DNA of 58,855 bases, taken from positions 1-58,855 of IMG/VR virus record IMGVR_UViG_3300034111_001673. One strand, given 5' to 3'. Made by a program: the position numbers and the translations under genes. Positions 47,423-55,201 of this stretch are shown here, one piece after another. This DNA is from a virus (Duplodnaviria > Caudoviricetes). Numbering within the stretch: position 1 is the stretch's first letter; every line of letters starts with the position of its first letter. A model generated the notes under the pieces. The model did no database searches and was not told the origin of the DNA. It worked only from the letters and a program-made list of their open reading frames with translations.

Positions 47423-48485
47423 TATACACCTCCAGTTTAAGCGGTACTTCCGTTGTATTATTAATCACTGCTGGATTTAAAGTTTCCTGATATCTAATTT
47501 TTAAGCCTTCTTCTTTTTCAGGAGCGTATTGTGCTGCTAGCATGCTAGCGAGTCCGTATATTAGAGGAGTATAAAAATATGATGGGATATCTATACTTTG
47601 CGTGTAATTCTCTAGCGTTTCTATACTACTTTGACCGCTATACATTATTAAATTATACATTGGAGCAGCAGTCTGCCAAATGTAGAGGGATGGAGTCCGC
47701 TGGTAATCAACGTAGTAAATAGTAGGTCTACCGATTTGTGATTTGTTGGGATAGGTTAAATATTCATATCTGGATACCTCGCTCATTGTAGTATCCTGGC
47801 TTATACTATTAAAATAAAGCTCTTCAATATCGAGTGTGTATCCTCCTGTTTCTTTAATTCTATATGCCCTTGCATAAATTGGATCAGGTACATAAAACCA
47901 TGAAATTACATGTGCTTGATATGGATATAATGGAGGAGGGGTAAAAACAGGAAACCAATTTATCGTATCCTGTGATGCTTCTAAAACTAAGCTATATGGA
48001 CGATTAGAAACATAACTTTGAATGCCGATAATGCTGATTTGCTTTGTTACCCCTAAACCGTAATCATAAGAAATATTGCCGTTTTGAACGTCTTGTGTAC
48101 ATCTTGTCAGTGGATTACCATCAAAAGCATAAGCAGCAATTCCTCCGCCGTTTCCATCATAAGTATTTGCGGTATTTGATTGCGGTGTTCCATTTAATTG
48201 TCTTACGTTGCTTCTTAAGAATACCTGAAATATTTTAGTAATGTTACTCGGCAGAGGGTAGGATGCTTGTCCTGGAGTTAAAAAAACAGGATTTAGCTTT
48301 AATGTCCATAAGTTGACGTTAGAGTTAGCCCAATCACTTAAAATAAAATTAATAATATTAAGTGCTGAATTATATTGCTCGGCAGTTACCATGCTAAGAG
48401 GCATGCCGATTAACTCATAAGCCTTTCTGATAATCAGCTCTCCTTTTATGCTATTAAAACTATAACTTCCACTAGTTGCCGGCAT
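47415..48485 (-). CDS. Head-tail adaptor / tubular protein A-like with inserted beta-sandwich
   Basis: TSGSYSF...WAN..VNLW...SRYEYL..PNK...GRP..YY. Confidence 0.65.
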   Translation of the reverse strand: MPATSGSYSFNSIKGELIIRKAYELIGMPLSMVTAEQYNSALNIINFILSDWANSNVNLWTLKLNPVFLTPGQASYPLPSNITKIFQVFLRSNVRQLNGTPQSNTANTYDGNGGGIAAYAFDGNPLTRCTQDVQNGNISYDYGLGVTKQISIIGIQSYVSNRPYSLVLEASQDTINWFPVFTPPPLYPYQAHVISWFYVPDPIYARAYRIKETGGYTLDIEELYFNSISQDTTMSEVSRYEYLTYPNKSQIGRPTIYYVDYQRTPSLYIWQTAAPMYNLIMYSGQSSIETLENYTQSIDIPSYFYTPLIYGLASMLAAQYAPEKEEGLKIRYQETLNPAVINNTTEVPLKLEVYSD

Positions 48486-48502
48486 TTTATCTTCCTTTTT
48501 AG

Positions 48503-49168
48503 TTACAATTGTAGGAATTGAGCTTTAAGAACTGAATTACTTGCATTAGGGCCAATTTTAATGAGCAAATTGGAAGCTAAAGAATTATACTGTATTAATG
48601 TAGATGCCGTAGCAGTGGCGGCTGGAGGTGCAAAATTACCATTAGCGGCGGCGGTTAAATCATCGTATTTCCCTAGACCTAAATTATTCTTTAGCGATAA
48701 AAATACCTGATAAGTAGCAGGATTAACTGTTGCTGCTACGATATTTAAGGCATAGCTTATAGAAGAAGTATTGGTCTTAGCGGTATTTAATAGAATCATT
48801 GGAAAATACCCAACAGAAGCAACGCCGACTTGAAGGGTAGAGACTGTAGTACTGTTTGGAATTATCTGCACCACACTATCAAAGCAGTTGACACTTGTAA
48901 CTGTTGTGTTATTTGGTCCAGTTAAGGTTTCACTAATAAAAACCCCATTCTGATAACCGGTAATAAGAAAATTAATACCGGAAAGATTTGCCACTGAATT
49001 AAGAGTAATTCTTGGAACAATACCGAAATCAATAAAATTAACTATTCTTGTGGTTTTGTTAACATAAGAACCATTCAACAGCAGCGGAGTATTTGCGGTT
49101 AGTGTTTGAAAAAGCGATATTCCGTTTGCTATGGGAGCAGGCCAATTATATTCATAAAATTGAGACAT
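48503..49168 (-). CDS. Structural protein
   Basis: Beta-rich ORF directly after the capsid gene. Confidence 0.55.
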   Translation of the reverse strand: MSQFYEYNWPAPIANGISLFQTLTANTPLLLNGSYVNKTTRIVNFIDFGIVPRITLNSVANLSGINFLITGYQNGVFISETLTGPNNTTVTSVNCFDSVVQIIPNSTTVSTLQVGVASVGYFPMILLNTAKTNTSSISYALNIVAATVNPATYQVFLSLKNNLGLGKYDDLTAAANGNFAPPAATATASTLIQYNSLASNLLIKIGPNASNSVLKAQFLQL

Positions 49169-49265
49169 AATTTATCCTTTTATTTATATTGTATGAAGCA
49201 CTAGCTAGTTATTTTTAGTTAGTGCCTCTTTTTTTAACAGATTTTTAAAACTTATCCCTGTAGGT

Positions 49266-50195
49266 TTAAGCTGTAGAACCTGTTGCGCCAATTACCCCAA
49301 GAGGAGTAAACATACCAAAAGAATAACGACCAGATGCAAGTACTGACATGGTTTCAGTTACGGGATCAGTTGTTACGTTTACTTTAAGCGGACGTCTTAC
49401 AAAATGCTTACGACTTCCCTTAACATTAGTTAATCCAAACCAGTTGCTAGGACTTGTTAAGAAATGGCTTACTTCATAACCTTGTGGAATAGCCTTCATG
49501 TTATAAAGTGCATTTACATCGTTATTAGCCGTTCCTGTTCTAAATACAGATTCAAGTAACCTGCAACCTGAGAACATTAAATCTTGTGGAAGTAGCAATC
49601 TCTCAATTTGAGCATTAATTAGCAGTCCTGCTTGATCTTTCATTTTACCTGCTAGTATTACTGCTTGTTCAACACCCACTTCACTAAAGTCGACATTAAT
49701 ATTAGCGTTGTTATTTGCCCCAACGCGATTAGAATAAACCCCGCCATCGTAAGGCTGAGAAAAGGAGCAAAGAGGTTGTCCGTTAGCCAAAGTAGCTGCC
49801 GTATTAAATGCCTGGTTAAAAGGGTTCATGGCTACTACTTCTCTGGTTTGTTCATAAGAAGTAGTAAGCGATTTAGTACCATTAAAGAACTGATCGGCAT
49901 AAAGATCATCTTCCATGGCAATATTAGTAATCTGAAAACCGAGGGCAAATTCCCGGTGGACGAATTCATAAACAAACCGCTCAGCCATGGTATCCATTTT
50001 AATAGGAGCACCTTGCGTTTTCTCAAGTGCATAGCCAGTCCCTCTAATATCAACCATCCTTTCAGTATGTTTGACAGAATTAGCCTGTTCATAGATTTTG
50101 GTATATTCCCCCTTAAACCGATCATACTGAGATTTTACCTCATAAAGACCTGGCCAAAGCAGACTTGGAATATCACCGGTTGTTATAATAGACAT
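49266..50195 (-). CDS. Major capsid protein (Mu gpT-like, HK97 fold)
   Basis: LLWPGL...EY..IY...E...G.G...K..G...H..FALGF.IT...EDD.Y...RYSFG. Confidence 0.85.
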   Translation of the reverse strand: MSIITTGDIPSLLWPGLYEVKSQYDRFKGEYTKIYEQANSVKHTERMVDIRGTGYALEKTQGAPIKMDTMAERFVYEFVHREFALGFQITNIAMEDDLYADQFFNGTKSLTTSYEQTREVVAMNPFNQAFNTAATLANGQPLCSFSQPYDGGVYSNRVGANNNANINVDFSEVGVEQAVILAGKMKDQAGLLINAQIERLLLPQDLMFSGCRLLESVFRTGTANNDVNALYNMKAIPQGYEVSHFLTSPSNWFGLTNVKGSRKHFVRRPLKVNVTTDPVTETMSVLASGRYSFGMFTPLGVIGATGSTA

Positions 50196-50197
50196 AA

Positions 50198-50332
50198 TTA
50201 ATTACCTTTGTTTTTAGTTTTACTTTTCTTTACTGATCCTGCCTTAACAGGTGTTTTTTCCTTCTTTTTTTTTGGTAGATATAATCCTTCCTTTAAAAGA
50301 GACGGCATATTACCGCTTGTTATTATGGACAT
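50198..50332 (-). CDS. 44-aa peptide: capsid-like N-terminus plus Lys-rich tail (not in ORF track)
   Basis: MSIITSGNMPSLLKEGLYLPKKKKEKTPVKAGSVKKSKTKNKGN; AAGG RBS; stop 2 nt before the MCP ATG. Confidence 0.65.
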   Translation of the reverse strand: MSIITSGNMPSLLKEGLYLPKKKKEKTPVKAGSVKKSKTKNKGN

Positions 50333-50345
50333 AACCTTATGCTCC

Positions 50346-51122
50346 TCAGGCTGTTGGACCTAATACGCCGCTTGATCCGTACATATGCTTGTTAAACTTA
50401 ACTAGTAGGTTAGTAAATGGCATATCTACTCCCGGTACTAATCCTGTAGGATTTGCATTACCGGTAATTACAGGATCAATTCCAATAATTTTTACGTCTA
50501 AGGTAACTGTAGTAGCTAAAGTTGAGCCATCGAGATAGTAAACAGAACCATATACGTTGCTACCGGTACGTGGATTTTGACCACCTGCCATAGCATTAGC
50601 ATTCGTGAAGGTTATTCCTGCTACTGATAAATTGGCATTAAGACCAAACCCGGTTGCTAAAAAAGTAATTCCTGTTGCAGCTGCAAGAGAACTTGATACT
50701 TGAACTCTAAATACTGCCATTGGATCGTCATTAACATATGCAATAATACGTGTGCCAGCTTTTACCGCTCTACCGCCTGGCCAGTAATCAGACTCTACAA
50801 GTATACCGGTATTTGCATCAGTATAAGCGCAGCTTATGAACACCCCAAGGAAAGCATCTGCTTCTGCCGTTGCAATAGGTTGTACCGCTGATCCGTTTGT
50901 TGGACCTGATAACTTTTGTGGTGCTATCGTTCCTGCCATGGCAGAAAGGCCTGGAGCACTTACAAATTTAATGGGATCACCTTGAAAAATACTGTTTGGC
51001 TGCGTTGTTAAGCCGTCAGCGGATGCGTAAATAAAATATTGACCTAGTTTTTGTGTTCCGCCATTTCCTATTTGAGATTGAACTATTTGCAATCCATAAG
51101 GAGCGTTAATGCCGTTAGACAT
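50346..51122 (-). CDS. Capsid decoration/minor capsid protein
   Basis: NAPYGL...IFQGD.I...LGVF...Y.D...YWP...YV.DDP. Confidence 0.65.
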   Translation of the reverse strand: MSNGINAPYGLQIVQSQIGNGGTQKLGQYFIYASADGLTTQPNSIFQGDPIKFVSAPGLSAMAGTIAPQKLSGPTNGSAVQPIATAEADAFLGVFISCAYTDANTGILVESDYWPGGRAVKAGTRIIAYVNDDPMAVFRVQVSSSLAAATGITFLATGFGLNANLSVAGITFTNANAMAGGQNPRTGSNVYGSVYYLDGSTLATTVTLDVKIIGIDPVITGNANPTGLVPGVDMPFTNLLVKFNKHMYGSSGVLGPTA

Positions 51123-51204
51123 AATTTCCTCGTATATTATTAATTATTAAAAAACGTAAATATTTTAAATTTAAAAAAAGATAAGCTAATTCAAGCTCAG
51201 GAGA

Positions 51205-51368
51205 CCTTTTAACGTCTAGTTATGACGATAAACTTTGTTATAGATAAGTTTCAAAACTAGCCTTTTTGTATCTTGCAATGACAGAGGTAGCTTTTTAGAA
51301 GATTTAGCTACAAACTACGCCTTTTAACGTCTAGCAATGACGGGAACCTTTTTAAGCCCGGTTATGAC
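51205..51368. repeat. Four 22-nt units CCTTTT-N8-G-N2-ATGAC in the capsid operon leader
   Basis: Units start at 51205, 51261, 51320 and 51347, with hairpins between them. Confidence 0.8.
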
Positions 51369-51385
51369 TTTTTTTACCTAATTGT

Positions 51386-51415
51386 ATTATAGCAAAAATA
51401 CTGCTACTTTTGCAA
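51386..51415 (-). promoter_or_regulatory. Probable extended -10 promoter for the capsid operon
   Basis: Minus strand TTGCAA-18-TATAAT with a TGn extension. Confidence 0.5.
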
Positions 51416-51439
51416 ATCGTACTACTAATTTAGGGTTGT

Positions 51440-51826
51440 TTAGATATCTTCAATCCCTTGAGCTAAAATAAACTCCAACTTTGTCTTTTTTAATTCTAGT
51501 TGTTCTTGTTGGATTTGATTAAATATTTTTACCCATTTTTTATAATTAATTTTAAATATAGCTTTCTTTCCTTTTCTTAGATCATTTTTTACTTTTTCAT
51601 TACCTAAAGCTATTCTAGTTATTCGTATTAAATACAAATCATCGTCATCGGCTAACATCTTTTTTAGACTACTGGTTGCATATCCTGTAATACAATCGTC
51701 AAAAAAATCATTTGGGAAATCAAACACAATAATAAGACTATATAACCCATCTTCATCCAAAGATATTTCAACAGAATATTTATTTTCTGATAGCGCGCAT
51801 ATTTCTTCTATTTGATATTCATACAT
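51440..51826 (-). CDS. Hypothetical AT-rich moron
   Basis: 128-aa ORF inserted in the head operon. Confidence 0.55.
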   Translation of the reverse strand: MYEYQIEEICALSENKYSVEISLDEDGLYSLIIVFDFPNDFFDDCITGYATSSLKKMLADDDDLYLIRITRIALGNEKVKNDLRKGKKAIFKINYKKWVKIFNQIQQEQLELKKTKLEFILAQGIEDI

Positions 51827-51857
51827 AACATATTCTCTCGATTAAATTCTTTAAAAA

Positions 51858-52949
51858 TTAACTACCAAATACCACAACAGATACGCCATCAAGTACAGGA
51901 AGTAAATTACCGAGCGTATCGGTTGCAAAAATGATGACCTCCGTCGCTGATCTAGACCTAAAGAACACCTGAAACGGCGCTATGACCTCCGTTCCGCGTG
52001 CTAATGCCGGTAATACTAAATAATTACCATCAGGAAAAGGAGTAGCAAACGTTATAACATATGACCCTTGCGCTCCGCTAACCGAGGCTATATTAAAGCT
52101 GCTCTCTATCTGGATATTATTAGTCGGGGCATTATTATCGTAAAAGAAACAATAAGCCTTAGCAGTAGCAGGATTTATAATCTTCCCCGGTATTGTCATA
52201 TTACCGACATTGTCAATTTGAGTACTATTTAAATTGATTACTCCATCATCTACAGTAGCGAGGTTAATATCCTCACTCCCGCTTGCCGTAGTAATGGTAT
52301 TTACCGAGATTAAGAGATTACCTACATTAATACTGGATAATCCTACTAGAGAATCTGCTAAATTAATAATTACATCATTTGTTTCCCCATCACCGCTTTG
52401 GACGTTTATATTAGAGCCGCCTCCTATCTTTCGAGTTACAAAACTTAATGGAGTATTGCCGGTTATTACTAAAAACCCATTCTGTACTTGAGTAGCTAGA
52501 TTATTTAAATTATTTAACGAATCGGCAATTTTAAAAATGATGTTACCGGTCGGAGGAGTAACAGTTGAATTTGTAATCTGCAAGCTGTTATTCTGGCTTT
52601 CCGTAGAAAAGCTTACTATACCGCTGCTACCGCCACCAAAAGGTATTACCTGCCATACTCCCGCGCTGGTTAGATTCTCAGTGAGATATATCTGTATTAC
52701 TTCCCCTGGAATAATTACGTTAGTTAACGGCGTTCCGTCATTATATAAGAGAGTAAAGTCTTTTTGTCCGACATTATTAAACAACAGGCTAGTACCGGTT
52801 TCTACAGTATTGGCAGGCGGCAAAGTAATTGTATACGCATCATTGCTAGAGCTAACATTATTAATATCGCTGGCGATTTCTCCTTCAGTGCGGGGATAAG
52901 GCCAAGATAGTTTAATATCGCTATTTAATATGATTTTAGAATATGACAT
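51858..52949 (-). CDS. Head/tail fibre-like structural protein
   Basis: TITLPPA...G; C-terminal AKAYCFF...SFNIASVS...GSYVITFATPF. Confidence 0.6.
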   Translation of the reverse strand: MSYSKIILNSDIKLSWPYPRTEGEIASDINNVSSSNDAYTITLPPANTVETGTSLLFNNVGQKDFTLLYNDGTPLTNVIIPGEVIQIYLTENLTSAGVWQVIPFGGGSSGIVSFSTESQNNSLQITNSTVTPPTGNIIFKIADSLNNLNNLATQVQNGFLVITGNTPLSFVTRKIGGGSNINVQSGDGETNDVIINLADSLVGLSSINVGNLLISVNTITTASGSEDINLATVDDGVINLNSTQIDNVGNMTIPGKIINPATAKAYCFFYDNNAPTNNIQIESSFNIASVSGAQGSYVITFATPFPDGNYLVLPALARGTEVIAPFQVFFRSRSATEVIIFATDTLGNLLPVLDGVSVVVFGS

Positions 52950-52958
52950 GATATTCTT

Positions 52959-53414
52959 CTACATTGCTCTATCAGAAAACGGCATGACCGGATTGTAGAT
53001 ATCGGTCTGTACTTTTTGCAAAGTATCTCGCATTACTCTTACGGCTTTTTGTTCATAATATTGCTGCTCTTTTAGCCCGTAGCGTTCATCACGTGCTAAA
53101 ACAATAGTATCACCGGTAGTAATACAATCATTTTCCGATCTTAAGTCTCCTCTATAAGTACGTTTGTTTTTAAGCCTATCAGGAGATACGATATACCACT
53201 TCTTTGCCAGTAACCTATTAATACGTTCAGGGCTATTAAAGGCAAAGTAATATTCCTCGCCCGGTTGTTTTATCTCATCAATTAAAGCTTTAAAAGGACA
53301 GGTTGAATCAGTGAACATTAAATCAAAATCACTTCCTTCAAGTTCATGCTCCCTGATATCTCTATCAATAGATAGAAATTCATTATTTTTGTCTTGTTTA
53401 TATTTAATTGCCAT
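52959..53414 (-). CDS. Conserved head-module protein
   Basis: Coupled to the scaffold gene. Confidence 0.55.
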   Translation of the reverse strand: MAIKYKQDKNNEFLSIDRDIREHELEGSDFDLMFTDSTCPFKALIDEIKQPGEEYYFAFNSPERINRLLAKKWYIVSPDRLKNKRTYRGDLRSENDCITTGDTIVLARDERYGLKEQQYYEQKAVRVMRDTLQKVQTDIYNPVMPFSDRAM

Positions 53415-54390
53415 TTTTTGACCTCATTTCTTTGTTACGTTGATCTAGAAGCTCCTTGTACCTCTCGTAAGACATACCAAAAGCAAGAGCTGCCTTTTTC
53501 TCTCTATCGCTTAATTCCCTTGTTTTTGGATCTGGTATTGATTCTCGTGGAGCGCGACTGCGAACTGCTCCAAAATGTTTGGCAGGAATCATGGCTGAGG
53601 AAGTATCCTGCATTTTTAAATTATCAATATAATCATCAATCATGCCGTAATAACTACCAGAGCCTATTAGATGTTCTTTTCCTCCGCTTTGGTATTTACG
53701 ATCCAGTTTAGTAATAAAGGATAATACTGAGGTCGCTAGCTTCTCATCATACTCAGGGGCGTTTCTATCTACTTCAGGATTACTTTCAAGCCAGCTATAT
53801 AACCTATCTTCATATTCCCTAGCTCGAACCTGATTTAGATGCTCTGGTGAGTATTCTTCTTTAGGAAAAGTGGCTATTCTAGATGCCTCATTTAAGGCAT
53901 GGGTCGCCTTTGAAATATCCGCAGTAGCTCTGCTAACTCCAGCAGCATCCCCGTTTTCCAGTGCTAATTGAAGCCGTGCCTGAGCCATTTCAAGTTCGCT
54001 GGCAACATTGTTCTTATAATGGGTAGAACCGGTATTAATAGCTTGGCTGAGCATTTGTTCCATTTGTAGTTTTTCTTGCTGTAACTGCTCTAATTGCTCA
54101 GCAAGCTTTACCTTTTCTTCACGTTCTTTTTTTAATTTAGACCAGTATTTTTCCTTGTCTTTGTCAGGAGCAGAGGTTTTAGTAGGCTTTTCTTCTTTTT
54201 CGGAAACATCTGCGGAAATATCGCTTTTATCATCGCTACTATCTACACCTTGAGTATCTTGCCCTAAGTCTTTAGTTTCTACTTCTGCCTCGCTAGCTTC
54301 ATTCTTTGAATCTTTATTTTCGGCTACTTCTTTTAAAGGTGGAATAGCAGCGTTTAAGTCGCTTGTATTTTCAATATCTATTTTAAACAT
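53404..54390 (-). CDS. Capsid scaffolding protein
   Basis: Acidic N-terminus, coiled coil, W...NP, C-terminal LSDREKKAALAFGMSYERY helix pair. Confidence 0.75.
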   Translation of the reverse strand: MFKIDIENTSDLNAAIPPLKEVAENKDSKNEASEAEVETKDLGQDTQGVDSSDDKSDISADVSEKEEKPTKTSAPDKDKEKYWSKLKKEREEKVKLAEQLEQLQQEKLQMEQMLSQAINTGSTHYKNNVASELEMAQARLQLALENGDAAGVSRATADISKATHALNEASRIATFPKEEYSPEHLNQVRAREYEDRLYSWLESNPEVDRNAPEYDEKLATSVLSFITKLDRKYQSGGKEHLIGSGSYYGMIDDYIDNLKMQDTSSAMIPAKHFGAVRSRAPRESIPDPKTRELSDREKKAALAFGMSYERYKELLDQRNKEMRSKNGN

Positions 54391-54394
54391 ATTC

Positions 54395-54823
54395 TTACCT
54401 TGATACTTTTGATGGATTATCGACTAGCAGCTTGATTTTAAAATCCTCTACCATAATGATCGGTTCACCCTCATATTTTGACTGCAATGATGAACCACGC
54501 GGGAATATGACCCAGTCTCCGGCTTTGACGTAAGGGCCGCTTGGAAACTGATCGCCCTTATAACTATCGGGGCCCAGCTTTAATACCATCCCGACCATTG
54601 AGTTATATTCCAGGTCATCCTTTACGGCCGTTTGCGGAATAATAACTCCGCCTCTTGTAACTTCTTCAACAGGGGGTTTGTAAATAAGAATTAAGACGTT
54701 AATGCCGGTAACCGATACTTCCTTAAATCTTTCAATCATTACCTCCTTATTAAAAGCTTCCAGATCAATGCCTTTGGTTTTAAAATCTTCCGGTTTGTAA
54801 TTGGCTATTTCACAGTTAGTCAT
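54395..54823 (-). CDS. groES: GroES-like co-chaperonin
   Basis: EEVTRGGVIIP...GMVLKLGP...VKAGDWVIF...YEGE. Confidence 0.8.
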   Translation of the reverse strand: MTNCEIANYKPEDFKTKGIDLEAFNKEVMIERFKEVSVTGINVLILIYKPPVEEVTRGGVIIPQTAVKDDLEYNSMVGMVLKLGPDSYKGDQFPSGPYVKAGDWVIFPRGSSLQSKYEGEPIIMVEDFKIKLLVDNPSKVSR

Positions 54824-55031
54824 TGTTATTTACCTCTATTATGTGCCTGTTAAAGAGTTCAAGGGAACTCTCAAGTCCCTCAATTAATCCCACATGATAT
54901 TTGTAATCCTCTAGCGTAGAAATTGATGCCGGATTACATAAAATACGCCTGTATCTATCAATTTCAGACTCAATACTTCCTATAAAGCCGGAGGTAAAAG
55001 AACCTCGGCTATAAATGTTATTTCGGTTCAT
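54816..55031 (-). CDS. Small head-module protein
   Basis: EDYKYHVGLIEGL. Confidence 0.55.
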   Translation of the reverse strand: MNRNNIYSRGSFTSGFIGSIESEIDRYRRILCNPASISTLEDYKYHVGLIEGLESSLELFNRHIIEVNNND

Positions 55032-55201
55032 TTACCGCTCCTCCCCATATTTCTAGGTTTTACTGCCGCTCCGCTTTTTGTAGCAACGTCCTTTCTAATT
55101 TTAGCCGCTCCCCCGGCGGCATACTTATTACAGCTCGTTTCTTTTTCTCTGGCTCTCTCTTGCATTTGGCGAGTAGCGAACTCTCTTTTTTGCCTATCCA
55201 T
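55028..55201 (-). CDS. 57-aa basic peptide with YAAGG motif (not in ORF track)
   Basis: MDRQKREFATRQMQERAREKETSCNKYAAGGAAKIRK...; overlaps both neighbouring genes. Confidence 0.55.
   Translation of the reverse strand: MDRQKREFATRQMQERAREKETSCNKYAAGGAAKIRKDVATKSGAAVKPRNMGRSGK

Noticed and set aside
49665-50201. Long antisense ORFs (also 33176..33697, 38100..38597, 19783..20154 and others)
   Set aside because: They are shadow frames opposite well-supported genes and carry no recognisable motifs
51205-51368. CRISPR array or tracrRNA (AAGGCTAGT resembles a Cas9 nexus)
   Set aside because: Repeats are degenerate, spacing is irregular (56, 59, 27 nt) and there are no cas genes; kept only as an unexplained array
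42705-52949. Diversity-generating retroelement targeting the fibres
   Set aside because: No reverse transcriptase and no TR/VR pair differing at adenines
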